A program made the translations under genes and the position numbers. The notes beneath the pieces are model-generated. The model had not been told where the DNA came from. It searched no databases and worked only from the letters and a program-made list of their open reading frames with translations. 44,453 bases of DNA from Methanothrix sp. (lineage in GTDB: Archaea; Halobacteriota; Methanosarcinia; Methanotrichales; Methanotrichaceae). Where the stretch lies: contig JBAXWY010000022.1 of assembly GCA_037128175.1 (NCBI GenBank), positions 1-44,453 of the forward strand, in the 5' to 3' direction. Within the stretch, counting starts at the first letter, position 1, and each line of letters starts with the position of its first letter. Shown in pieces: positions 9,655 through 18,251 of this stretch.

Positions 9655-10082
9655 CGCTGGTAGTCGCCACGGGCACCTTTGACCTTCTTCATCCCGGTCA
9701 CGTCCTCTACCTGGAGCACTCCAGATCGTTAGGTGACGAGCTGGTGGTAATTGTTGCCAGGGATGTGAATGTGCGCCACAAGCCCAAACCCATCCTGCCT
9801 GAGGAGCAAAGACTGAGAATGGTAGAGTCCCTCAAGGTCGTGGACAGAGCCGTGCTGGGCGAGGAGAAGGATATCTTCCGGACGGTTGAGCAGCTCAACC
9901 CGGACATAATCACGCTGGGCTATGATCAGCATTTTGATGAGGCGGCTTTGCAGGCGGAGCTATTTCGCCGCGGCCTCTATCCCCGGATTGTGCGCATCGA
10001 GGAGCATGAGCCCTGCCTTCTTTGCAGTTCCAGCCGCATTGTGACCAAGATCCTGGAGCGCTTCCGGGGACGGCGAATCTAA
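9651..10082 (+). CDS. ribL: FAD synthase (archaeal FMN adenylyltransferase)
   Basis: ATGTFDLLHPGH, VIVARD, PDIITLGYDQ, SSSRI. Confidence 0.9.
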   Translation: MTLVVATGTFDLLHPGHVLYLEHSRSLGDELVVIVARDVNVRHKPKPILPEEQRLRMVESLKVVDRAVLGEEKDIFRTVEQLNPDIITLGYDQHFDEAALQAELFRRGLYPRIVRIEEHEPCLLCSSSRIVTKILERFRGRRI

Positions 10083-10134
10083 GAGCGCGGTAAGGCCGTC
10101 AAGTTCTTATACGGCTCTCTCTTTAGCGGGCTTG

Positions 10135-10599
10135 ATGGCCAGAGTTGCAGTAGGAGGAACCTTCGATCCCATTCATGACGGGCATATCTCCTTGTTGAGG
10201 CGTGCCTATGATCTGGGGGGAGAGGGCGAGGTAGTAATTGGTCTCACCTCCGACGAGATGGCCAGAGAGAGCCGAACCCGATCCGTGCGCGATTTTGATG
10301 TCAGGGAGAAGAATTTGCGGGCGGTCGTGCAAAGGTGCTTTGGCATCAAGCATGCCAACATCATTAAGATCGACGATCAATGCGGCTCCTCAATCTATGA
10401 AGACTTTGATTTTATTGTCGTCTCTCCGGAGACCTTGCCCATGGCCGAGAAGATCAACCGGCTAAGAGCAAAGAAAAACCTGAAGCCGCTGCGGATATCC
10501 GTGGTTGAGTATCAACTGGCTCAGGATCTTGTCCGCATAAGCTCTACAAGGATCTATGAAGGAAAGATCGACAAGCATGGCAAAATTTTGGTTGGGTAG
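10135..10599 (+). CDS. coaD: Phosphopantetheine adenylyltransferase
   Basis: VAVGGTFDPIHDGH, GLTSD, IVVSPET, RISSTRI. Confidence 0.92.
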   Translation: MARVAVGGTFDPIHDGHISLLRRAYDLGGEGEVVIGLTSDEMARESRTRSVRDFDVREKNLRAVVQRCFGIKHANIIKIDDQCGSSIYEDFDFIVVSPETLPMAEKINRLRAKKNLKPLRISVVEYQLAQDLVRISSTRIYEGKIDKHGKILVG

Positions 10600-10872
10600 C
10601 CCTTGATTGAATTTTGAGCCAGATAAAACTCCTCTAACTCCTTTCTATTCGATATATCTTTGCAGGCCAGCACGCTAGATATAGAACTCGAAAATTATCG
10701 ATTCTCGGATAAAGTTTATTTATATGTTGTCTTACCTACATGATGGTATTATGGTGGGTGTAACATGTTGACAACATCTGATGACTATTGGGGGCCGAAG
10801 GCGGTATACGACCACTTTATGGAGATAACAAAATAATTCCATCCTTCTCGTGATAAAATTTAGAGGACTACT

Positions 10873-12369
10873 ATGTACATGTCAGATAAAGATTACAGTC
10901 CGGAACAAATGGATGTCGCGTTTGCTGAATTCAGGCGGATTCATCCCACGTTTGAAACTACGCACATCCTTGATGAACTGCGGGCACTTGAGTATGGGCG
11001 GCTGGACTGGCAAGATCAAATCTATCTGGATTATACAGGCGGTGGACTGTACGCCGACAGCCAGCTCCAAAAGCACGTGAATTTGCTGAAATGCAACGTT
11101 TTCGGCAACCCTCACTCCCAAAATCCTACTTCATCGGCGATGACCCATCTGGTGGAGCTGGCACGAAAGTACGTATTTCAGTTTTTCAGGGCATCATCAG
11201 ATGAATATGCAGTTATCTTCACGCCCAATGCTACTGGTGGACTCAAGCTTGTGGGTGAAGCCTATCCCTTTACACCCGGCGATAACTTCTTGCTGACCGT
11301 CGATAACCACAATTCGGTCAATGGCATCAGAGTATTTGCCAGGGAGAAGGGTGCCAAGGTAACCTACTTTCCTGTAAGAGATCGTGACCTAAGAGTTGAC
11401 GAGAACGAACTGGAGAATTGCCTTCATAGACTACCACGACCCGGTGGCCATAATTTGTTTGCGTATCCCGCACAGTCGAACTTCTCTGGAGTGCAGCATT
11501 CATTGGATTGGATAGACAAAGCCCAAAATAAAGGCTGGGATGTCTTATTGGACTGCGCGGCATTCGTTCCCACCAACCGCCTGGATCTGAGCAAGTGGCA
11601 CCCTGATTTCGTCCCTATTTCATTCTACAAGATCTTCGGTTATCCTACCGGGATAGGCTGCCTGCTGGCTCGAAAAGATGCACTCAAGAAGTTACGGCGC
11701 CCATGGTTTGCCGGTGGGACGATTACTATGGTGTCTACTCAAGATGAAAAATGGTACTGTCTCCATAAGGGAAAAGATGTTTTTGAGGCTTTTGAAGATG
11801 GTACCGTCAATTATCTCAACATACCCGCAGTTGAAATCGGATTAAGATATATCGACGGTATCGGCGTTCAGACTATTCATGAAAGAGTAAGATGTCTTAC
11901 TGGCTGGTTGCTGGGCAACATGCATGTTCTGAAGCACAGTAATGGGCGGCTTCTCGTCAAGATTTATGGCCCTCATGGCTGCGAAGAACGTGGCGGTACA
12001 ATCGCCTTCAATCTCTGCGATGCTAACGGGAAAAACTTTGATTGCGCTTGGATTCAAGACCTGGCCAGCAAGGCTAGAATCTCCCTGCGGACGGGCTGCT
12101 TTTGTAACCCGGGAGATGGTGAAGTGACCCATAATATAACCCGGGATAGGATGGCAGAATGCTTTGAGGGCAACAGTCCCGAAAGAGAAGTCACCTGCAA
12201 ATTGATACGAGATAAGGAGATGGCCAGTATACGCATTTCCGTGGGTCTGGTCTCAAACTTTCCCGATGTTTATCGCTTCATGAGCTTTGTAAGCGGTTTC
12301 AGGGACAAAGAGGCAAATGAAATCCATAACATTGGAATAAGCAGGATCAATCGAGACCGTGGGCCATAG
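10873..12369 (+). CDS. PLP-dependent class V aminotransferase, molybdenum-cofactor-sulfurase-like
   Basis: YLDYTGGGLY, GNPHS, DNHNSVNGIR, YPAQSNFSG, SFYKIFGYPTGIGCL (PLP Lys), LRTGCFCNPG (Cys). Confidence 0.85.
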   Translation: MYMSDKDYSPEQMDVAFAEFRRIHPTFETTHILDELRALEYGRLDWQDQIYLDYTGGGLYADSQLQKHVNLLKCNVFGNPHSQNPTSSAMTHLVELARKYVFQFFRASSDEYAVIFTPNATGGLKLVGEAYPFTPGDNFLLTVDNHNSVNGIRVFAREKGAKVTYFPVRDRDLRVDENELENCLHRLPRPGGHNLFAYPAQSNFSGVQHSLDWIDKAQNKGWDVLLDCAAFVPTNRLDLSKWHPDFVPISFYKIFGYPTGIGCLLARKDALKKLRRPWFAGGTITMVSTQDEKWYCLHKGKDVFEAFEDGTVNYLNIPAVEIGLRYIDGIGVQTIHERVRCLTGWLLGNMHVLKHSNGRLLVKIYGPHGCEERGGTIAFNLCDANGKNFDCAWIQDLASKARISLRTGCFCNPGDGEVTHNITRDRMAECFEGNSPEREVTCKLIRDKEMASIRISVGLVSNFPDVYRFMSFVSGFRDKEANEIHNIGISRINRDRGP

Positions 12370-12505
12370 GTTGGTTGATACGAAGCTTCCGTACAGGGAC
12401 GAGGCGCGAGTACATCAAGGAGCTGAGGAGCGATCGCCGGAAAGAGGCGTTTGATCTGATGGCAGATGCCAACCCTTTTTAAGGAAGGCAGCCACAGTTG
12501 ATGAT

Positions 12506-12610
12506 ATGGCTGAAAAAAACCGAGCCCAAGGCAAAAGCAAAAAAGCCATGACTAATAAGGAAAGGCAAAAAAAGAAGAAAGCTGCGAACCCGATAATAGC
12601 GAGCAAGTGA
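12506..12610 (+). CDS. 34-aa Lys-rich small protein (not in ORF track)
   Basis: MAEKNRAQGKSKKAMTNKERQKKKKAANPIIASK*, followed by the hairpin GACTTTTCC...GGAAAAGTC. Confidence 0.4.
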   Translation: MAEKNRAQGKSKKAMTNKERQKKKKAANPIIASK

Positions 12611-13177
12611 GACTTTTCCTTTTTTGTGCCGGAAAAGTCTATGTCATTTTTTTAAAGAAATGTTAGTTCTTAATCCTCCGCCTGTCCCTGCAGAAGAGTT
12701 AATGAGAGAACAAGACAAATAAAAAGCAGAACAGACCCTACTTTAAGATTGATCTTCAAGATATCTTACCTCTTTTTGGTAAGGAGTTAGAAGGGTCGGA
12801 TTTAAATATTTCGAGTAAAAATATGTAATAAATTTGATATTAATTGTTAAGCGCCATGACAAAGCTTCTCTGCCCTTCTCGCAACCCTCTGAAAGGCGGC
12901 TTCCGACCCATCTCGCCAATAAGTCCCTTGTTTATGCCAAACTGGATGCAACCTCTTCTTGCCTTCTGCGACGGCGGTCTCGCGACCAAGGCTCCTCTTT
13001 GGCTAAGGGAAGTACTTGCGCGCGTGTTTGCACGGCTTCTCTAGATGATAGGCTGCTGCCAGGCAAGAACATGTCTTCGAGCATGGCAACAAAGCCCATA
13101 AAAACATAAGAAAGGTGATAAAATAAAGAGAAAAACGAGAACCCTTGCGAGGTCCCCTCTTCTGACCTGTAAATCAA

Positions 13178-13250
13178 CGCCCGGACCGGGATTCGAACCC
13201 GGGTCGAAAGCTCGACAGGCTTTCATGATGGGCCACTACACCATCCGGAC
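13178..13250 (-). tRNA. tRNA-Asp(GTC)
   Basis: GTCCGGATGGTGTAGTGGCCCATCATGAAAGCCT-GTC-GAGCTTTCGACCCGGGTTCGAATCCCGGTCCGGGCG cloverleaf. Confidence 0.96.
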
Positions 13251-13260
13251 AATAGACAGA

Positions 13261-13368
13261 TCCCGCCTCCCAGATTCGAACCGGGGACATCGCGGTGACT
13301 GCGCGTAGCACCTCTACGGTGCGAGACATACTACAGCCGCGCACTCTACCAGGCTGAGTTAAGGCGGG
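13261..13368 (-). tRNA. tRNA-Tyr(GTA) with a 34-nt intron at 37/38 (13297-13330)
   Basis: CCCGCCTTAACTCAGCCTGGTAGAGTGCGCGGCT-GTA-G[intron]ACCGCG...GTTCGAATCTGGGAGGCGGGA; CTGT/GCAG central helix of a bulge-helix-bulge motif. Confidence 0.95.
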
Positions 13369-13490
13369 CCTCTCGCTACCAGGTAATTCCTTGTACTTAA
13401 GCCCTTCGAGCCTAATGCCCTCAAAACGCTTTTTGGTGGGGGCAGTGCTATGGCAAAATATAATTATCGGATGCAATCTGCGGGTGGTTG

Positions 13491-14021
13491 ATGCTCATAG
13501 GAATTATGTCCGATGCCCATGACAGTATCCAAGGCGTCAAGGATGCTCTGCGGGTTTTTTCTCAAAAGAAGGTGGCTCTGGTGCTCTTTGCCGGTGACAT
13601 GATCGGGTCGGGCAACTGCTACACCTTCGAAGGCTTTGCCATTCCCCTCAAGCTCGTCTACGGAAATAACGACGGCGACCGGGTAGGCTTGCAGCGCGAA
13701 TTTGCCCGCGTGGGCGGTGAGTACCTGGGCGACTTTGGCGAGATCGAGGCGGACGGCCTGAAGATCGCACTCCTGCACGGCACCGAGGAGGCGCTGGTAA
13801 AGGCAGTGGTAGCCTCACAGCTCTACGATGTCGTGGTTCGCGGCCACAACCATCGCGCTGAGGTGACTAGGCAGGGCAAGACGCTCCTGGTCAACCCTGG
13901 CGAGATCTGGGGCCACTTCACCGGCCTCTCCAGTGTGGCCATCCTCGACACCAACAGCCTTCTGGTGGAGACGATCGAACTGGGCCGCTTCAAGACCATT
14001 CAAGAGATCATCAAAGGATGA
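13491..14021 (+). CDS. YfcE/MJ0936-type metallophosphoesterase
   Basis: SDAHD, FAGD, YGNND, LLHG, GHNH, NPGE. Confidence 0.92.
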   Translation: MLIGIMSDAHDSIQGVKDALRVFSQKKVALVLFAGDMIGSGNCYTFEGFAIPLKLVYGNNDGDRVGLQREFARVGGEYLGDFGEIEADGLKIALLHGTEEALVKAVVASQLYDVVVRGHNHRAEVTRQGKTLLVNPGEIWGHFTGLSSVAILDTNSLLVETIELGRFKTIQEIIKG

Positions 14022-14464
14022 CGTCCGGTGCCTCCGTTCCATCTTTGGGATGCTATCTTTGGATAGAATGGCGCGAGGGGATGGTAACCAGGATCTATTT
14101 TTCCCAGGAAATGCCGGTCGATATTTCTGAGCTGGCTCTGGAGATCGCCGCCTACCTGGAGTGGGGCGCGCCCTGCCCCAAGGCGGAGCTGGACATGTCC
14201 GAATGTACCGATTTTCAAAAGCAGATTTATGCCCTGGTGCAGACGATCCCGCGCGGCGAGACCAGAACCTATGGCCAGGTAGCAGAGCGCGCAGGCAAGC
14301 CGGGGGCGGCGCGGGCCGTGGGCCGGGCCATGACCACGAATCCTTTTGCCATTCTCGTGCCCTGCCACCGCGTGGTCGCCAAGGGCGGCCTGGGCGGATA
14401 TCTCTGGGGTAAAGAGATGAAGGAGAAGCTGCTTCGTCTGGAAAGGGAATCGAGTTCGCAATAG
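14018..14464 (+). CDS. ogt: Methylated-DNA-protein-cysteine methyltransferase
   Basis: IPRGETRTYG, ARAVGRAM..NP, PCHRVV active site. Confidence 0.93.
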   Translation: MTSGASVPSLGCYLWIEWREGMVTRIYFSQEMPVDISELALEIAAYLEWGAPCPKAELDMSECTDFQKQIYALVQTIPRGETRTYGQVAERAGKPGAARAVGRAMTTNPFAILVPCHRVVAKGGLGGYLWGKEMKEKLLRLERESSSQ

Positions 14465-14534
14465 TCCTCGTGTGAGGCGATTGTCCTATTATGCAAGGGA
14501 AGTCTGGCAGCTTGGCGATCGTCCCCTGGTCGGG

Positions 14535-14603
14535 CCACGATCTACGCACAGCCGCATGAGGCAGCTGCCCACCCACGCGTGCGCAGGCTGGGGGGCGCTC
14601 GGA
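14535..14603. repeat. GC-rich degenerate direct repeat, copy 1 (left of TA pair)
   Basis: CCACGATCT...CCACCCACGCG...GGCTGGGGGGCGCTCGGA resembles 15530-15593. Confidence 0.55.
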
Positions 14604-14710
14604 GCCAGCTCCGGGTCTGGAGCAGGCAGCTAATGTCAGTCCAATGATTCATATCCAATCATCACTAAGATTTATATCGTTAGAGCCACATTTTTCCAGT
14701 TGGTGAGAGA

Positions 14711-15037
14711 ATGAACGACATCGTCGAGGTATCCAGGGATGTCTTTGAGCCCATCGCCATGCTCGTAAGAGAGGGCTTATTTAAAAACGAGAAGGATGCC
14801 CTGAAATGCCTCGTTCTGGATCAGGCTGCATCAAAGATCCGCCAATTTGATCTCAAGATATCGGAGATGTGCGCCAAGCATAAAATGAGCTTTGAGGATT
14901 TTAAGAGGCGCATTGAATCAAGGATTGGGGAAGAGGCCTTTGAAGAATGGGATGACTTCATAATTTGGGAGAGCTACGAATCGGCTCGAAGCTACTGGAG
15001 AAACGTCGAAGCCAGACTTAAAGGTCTCAAGGCATGA
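14711..15037 (+). CDS. Putative antitoxin / hypothetical protein paired with DUF6516
   Basis: LVREGLFKNE, KHKMSFEDF and EEWDDFIIWE pattern; TATA TTTATAT at 14671-14677; RBS GGTGA; ATGA overlap with the next gene. Confidence 0.7.
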   Translation: MNDIVEVSRDVFEPIAMLVREGLFKNEKDALKCLVLDQAASKIRQFDLKISEMCAKHKMSFEDFKRRIESRIGEEAFEEWDDFIIWESYESARSYWRNVEARLKGLKA

Positions 15038-15381
15038 AAGCGCAAGAGATCCTCGATGTCCTGTCAGACAGCGACGTCGTTTTGGAGATTGCAGTAATCG
15101 TATTAGTCCAAGAGCCAGGAAGACAAGCACTGCGTGCCATCGCCTCATTGAAGGGAGGATACGTTCTCCACATCAATGAGTCTCATGGCAGGGACTTCAG
15201 AAGCTATTCATACCATGTCCGGAAAGGCGACAAAATGGTACAAAGATGGGACAATGCACCCCACTGGCCCAATATGAAAACATACCCGCATCATCTTCAT
15301 CTCGGCAGTGAGAAGAATGTCTTTGAGTGCAGAGATGTCTTCGTTGAGGATGTTTTGGATGAGATGAAAAAGATAATATAA
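15034..15381 (+). CDS. DUF6516 family protein (TumE-like putative toxin)
   Basis: YSYH...RWDNAPHWP...TYPHHLH motif. Confidence 0.8.
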   Translation: MKAQEILDVLSDSDVVLEIAVIVLVQEPGRQALRAIASLKGGYVLHINESHGRDFRSYSYHVRKGDKMVQRWDNAPHWPNMKTYPHHLHLGSEKNVFECRDVFVEDVLDEMKKII

Positions 15382-15529
15382 ATACACAAAATCCTGATTC
15401 ATTTTAGCGAGCCAGTTCGGATGCTGATAGCAATATCTTCCATTTGGCTGAAACTGGCTAGCCGCCCCCGTTCGCCTTGCTTTCCAAGGTCTTGCGAGCC
15501 CCGCGCCCCGGCGCCCCTCCGTTGCCCTT

Positions 15530-15593
15530 CCACGACCTCCCCCTGCATATGCACCAGTCCGCCACACACGCGCACGGGCGGGGGGCGTACGGA
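15530..15593. repeat. GC-rich degenerate direct repeat, copy 2 (right of TA pair)
   Basis: CCACGACCT...CCACACACGCG...GGCGGGGGGCGTACGGA resembles 14535-14603. Confidence 0.55.
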
Positions 15594-15628
15594 CAGAGTT
15601 ATTCAAATTAACAGAAGTATATTGAGCC

Positions 15629-16630
15629 TCACGCCTTCTCAGTGGAGTGAGTAGCATGGCTGAGGTTTATGGTCAATTCGCCGATGTTCATGATGTAGTC
15701 AAGCATGCGCTCCAGACTGCTGGCCAGAACCAGCCGAACCACCATCTCCGATTTGTCTTTGCTGTCGGATGATTTGGCTATCCCCTCCGCATGCTTCTGG
15801 ACCTCTCTTATTCTGTCTATAAGCTCATTGGCCTTGTTGGAGTTAGTCTGCAGCAAATAGGATATAGAGTCGTCAAGCAGGCCGCACAGCAATGAATCCA
15901 TGCGGGAAAGCTCCGCTTTCAAATCCTCGGGCAGGTTGTAGCTTCGCAGGCTGGCGATCTCGGCAATGCGATGGGCGTGGTCCGCTATGCGCTCCAGGTT
16001 GGAAGCCGCCTGCATATAATTGAATGCCGTAATGGGATTGAGCGTTTCCTGCCGGACAGAGCCCGATCTCAGGATCTCAGTAAACTGGCGGGAGATAAGA
16101 AGGTTGAGCCGGTCCACGTCATTGTCCCTCTGGATAACATCAATCGCCAGCTCCTCGTTATTATTTAAAAGGCTGGAGAGCGAATCGGTGATCATGGATT
16201 TCACTACGGTTCTGATTCTTTTTAGTGCCCGTTCGGACTGAAGCTCCTCGGAGCTTAATAGATCCTGAATTACCACCTTGTTTATGGTCTCCTCCAGAAT
16301 CTCGGGGCCTATGAGTTTGTTGACGATCTGGTGCAGGTCCTTCTTCTGCATAGAGGACATGTGCCCTGATGTAACCTCAATGGTTCTATAGCCGCCCACG
16401 TAGCATCCGATGATATCCCTTACCAGATGCTCGCCCATTTTGTCGCCAATATCCAGGCGCACTCGCAGGTCGCGCTCGGATCGATCCGTGGACAGTGTGA
16501 GAGATCCATTATCCCCCTGATTAATGTAAATTATCGAACCGGCAGAAATGCCGTTCTTTGTCGCCCAGCTTTTGGGAAGGGAGACGATAAATGTCGACTT
16601 GCCGGTTCTCTGTACCTTTCTTGTGTCCAT
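15629..16630 (-). CDS. Phosphate uptake regulator (AbrB-like N-terminus plus PhoU domains)
   Basis: TRKVQRTGKSTFIVSLPKSW; DNDVDRL; NLERIADH. Confidence 0.92.
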   Translation of the reverse strand: MDTRKVQRTGKSTFIVSLPKSWATKNGISAGSIIYINQGDNGSLTLSTDRSERDLRVRLDIGDKMGEHLVRDIIGCYVGGYRTIEVTSGHMSSMQKKDLHQIVNKLIGPEILEETINKVVIQDLLSSEELQSERALKRIRTVVKSMITDSLSSLLNNNEELAIDVIQRDNDVDRLNLLISRQFTEILRSGSVRQETLNPITAFNYMQAASNLERIADHAHRIAEIASLRSYNLPEDLKAELSRMDSLLCGLLDDSISYLLQTNSNKANELIDRIREVQKHAEGIAKSSDSKDKSEMVVRLVLASSLERMLDYIMNIGELTINLSHATHSTEKA

Positions 16631-16638
16631 AAATAGCC

Positions 16639-17298
16639 CTAATTGAGATGTTCTCTCTTTGCTTCCACCATGTAGACGATAGTCTCACAAATATTGCAGA
16701 TATGATCGCCGGTCCTTTCCAGATGCCGGTTCACCATGAGCAGAGCTGTTCCTTCGTTGATCACATCGGGCCTTTCAATAATTATTTTCAGGAGCTTGGT
16801 TCTGGCTTTGACATAAAGCCCATCGATCTCATAATCCCATTTGGTGACCTGTCTGGCCAAATCTGCGTCGCTGTTCATGAGGGCCTCCATGGACTGCTCA
16901 AGCATCTTTTTGCTGATCTCTGCCATGCGAGGAATGTACTCGAGCTTAGTTATCTGAATCTTATTTTGTGATTGTGTGGTAACTCTGGCCACATCTACTG
17001 CCAGGTCGCCGATCCTCTCCAGATCGATGCCAATCTTTAAGATGCCGATAATGCGTCTGAGGTCCTTGGCCATCGGTTGCTGCAAAGCCAGGAGCTCCAT
17101 GCATAAATTCTCTATCTTCAGGCTCAAATCATCCATTTCTTGGTCCTGTTTGATGACCTCTCTGGCCTGATCCACATTTGCATCAACTAAGGCTAAAACA
17201 GATTTATCTATAGCTTCCCCACCCCGATCCGCCAGATCTTTTGTAAGATTCTTCAGCTCCTTCAGATCTCTGTGATACCGCTCACGATACGGGCTCAT
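16639..17298 (-). CDS. phoU: Phosphate signalling protein PhoU
   Basis: ALQQPMAKDLR, DLERIGDLA, HLERTGDHICNI; RBS GAGGAGAGGT upstream of ATG 17298. Confidence 0.95.
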   Translation of the reverse strand: MSPYRERYHRDLKELKNLTKDLADRGGEAIDKSVLALVDANVDQAREVIKQDQEMDDLSLKIENLCMELLALQQPMAKDLRRIIGILKIGIDLERIGDLAVDVARVTTQSQNKIQITKLEYIPRMAEISKKMLEQSMEALMNSDADLARQVTKWDYEIDGLYVKARTKLLKIIIERPDVINEGTALLMVNRHLERTGDHICNICETIVYMVEAKREHLN

Positions 17299-17324
17299 CT
17301 TACCTCTCCTCAAAACCTTTGCTA

Positions 17325-18071
17325 TTAGCCAAATCTTCCGGTGATATAATCTTCCGTGCTCTTTATCGTCGGCATCTCAAAGATGCGTTTTGTCTTTCCC
17401 ACCTCGATCAGCTCGCCTAGCAAGAAGAAGGCGGTGCAGTCGGATATCCTGGCCGCTTGCTGCATGTTATGGGTCACAATCACCTGGGTATAGTTGTCCT
17501 TTAAGGTCTCCATGAGGCTCTCGATCTTGCCGGTGGAGATGGGATCGAGAGCGCTGCATGGTTCGTCAAATAAGATAACATCGGGCTTCATGGCCAGCGT
17601 TCTGGCGATGCACAGCCTCTGCTGCTGGCCGCCGGATAGACCCAAGGCCGGCTGGTCCAGCCTCTCGCAAACTTCTCCCCAGAGGGCGGCATCCAATAGA
17701 CTGCGCTCTACAACTTTATCGACATTTTTCAGCCCGTGAATTCTGGGGCCATAGGCAATGTTGTCGTAAATGGACATGGGGAAGGGGTTAGGCTTTTGAA
17801 ATACCATGCCTATCCGTTTGCGCAGTTCCACGACATCGACATCTTTTCCATAAATATCGATATCATCATAGAGGACCTGGCCTTCAATGCGAATCTTGGT
17901 TACGAGATCGTTCATCCGGTTCAGACAGCGGATAAAAGTGGACTTGCCGCAGCCGGATGGCCCGATGAGCGCTGTAATCTTTTTCTCAGGAATATCCAGG
18001 CTTATGTCCTTGAGAGCTTGCTTTTCTCCATACCAGAGATTTAGATTTTTCGAGATGATCTTCGTTGTCAC
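17325..18071 (-). CDS. pstB: Phosphate ABC transporter ATP-binding subunit
   Basis: [46 protein letters not shown]. Confidence 0.96.
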   Translation of the reverse strand: MTTKIISKNLNLWYGEKQALKDISLDIPEKKITALIGPSGCGKSTFIRCLNRMNDLVTKIRIEGQVLYDDIDIYGKDVDVVELRKRIGMVFQKPNPFPMSIYDNIAYGPRIHGLKNVDKVVERSLLDAALWGEVCERLDQPALGLSGGQQQRLCIARTLAMKPDVILFDEPCSALDPISTGKIESLMETLKDNYTQVIVTHNMQQAARISDCTAFFLLGELIEVGKTKRIFEMPTIKSTEDYITGRFG

Positions 18072-18120
18072 CCTAGATCCCTTTTAATGTCATTTGTTCC
18101 AATTGGCTTGACGAAGAGAT

Positions 18121-18159
18121 GACTATATAGATCTTCCTATATAGACTATATATATCTTC
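18121..18159. promoter_or_regulatory. Candidate phosphate-regulon operator upstream of pstB
   Basis: Direct repeat GACTATATA(G/T)ATCTTC at 18121 and 18144; palindrome CTATATAG at 18123 and 18137. Confidence 0.45.
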
Positions 18160-18189
18160 TGGTACATACAAATACTGGCTAAAATCATG

Positions 18190-18214
18190 CGAATCTTTTA
18201 TATAGAACTTCAAA
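18190..18214 (+). promoter_or_regulatory. Heat-shock-type archaeal promoter of the thermosome gene
   Basis: CGAA-TC-TTTTATATA-GAACTT-CAAA about 40 nt upstream of the start codon. Confidence 0.55.
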
Positions 18215-18251
18215 CTGGTAGTATGAAAAAAAGTCGGGGAGGACTATAGGT

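Noticed and set aside
12932-13177. Minus-strand ORF directly downstream of tRNA-Asp
   Set aside because: No recognisable motif; its N-terminal part is the T-rich tRNA trailer; cannot be supported.
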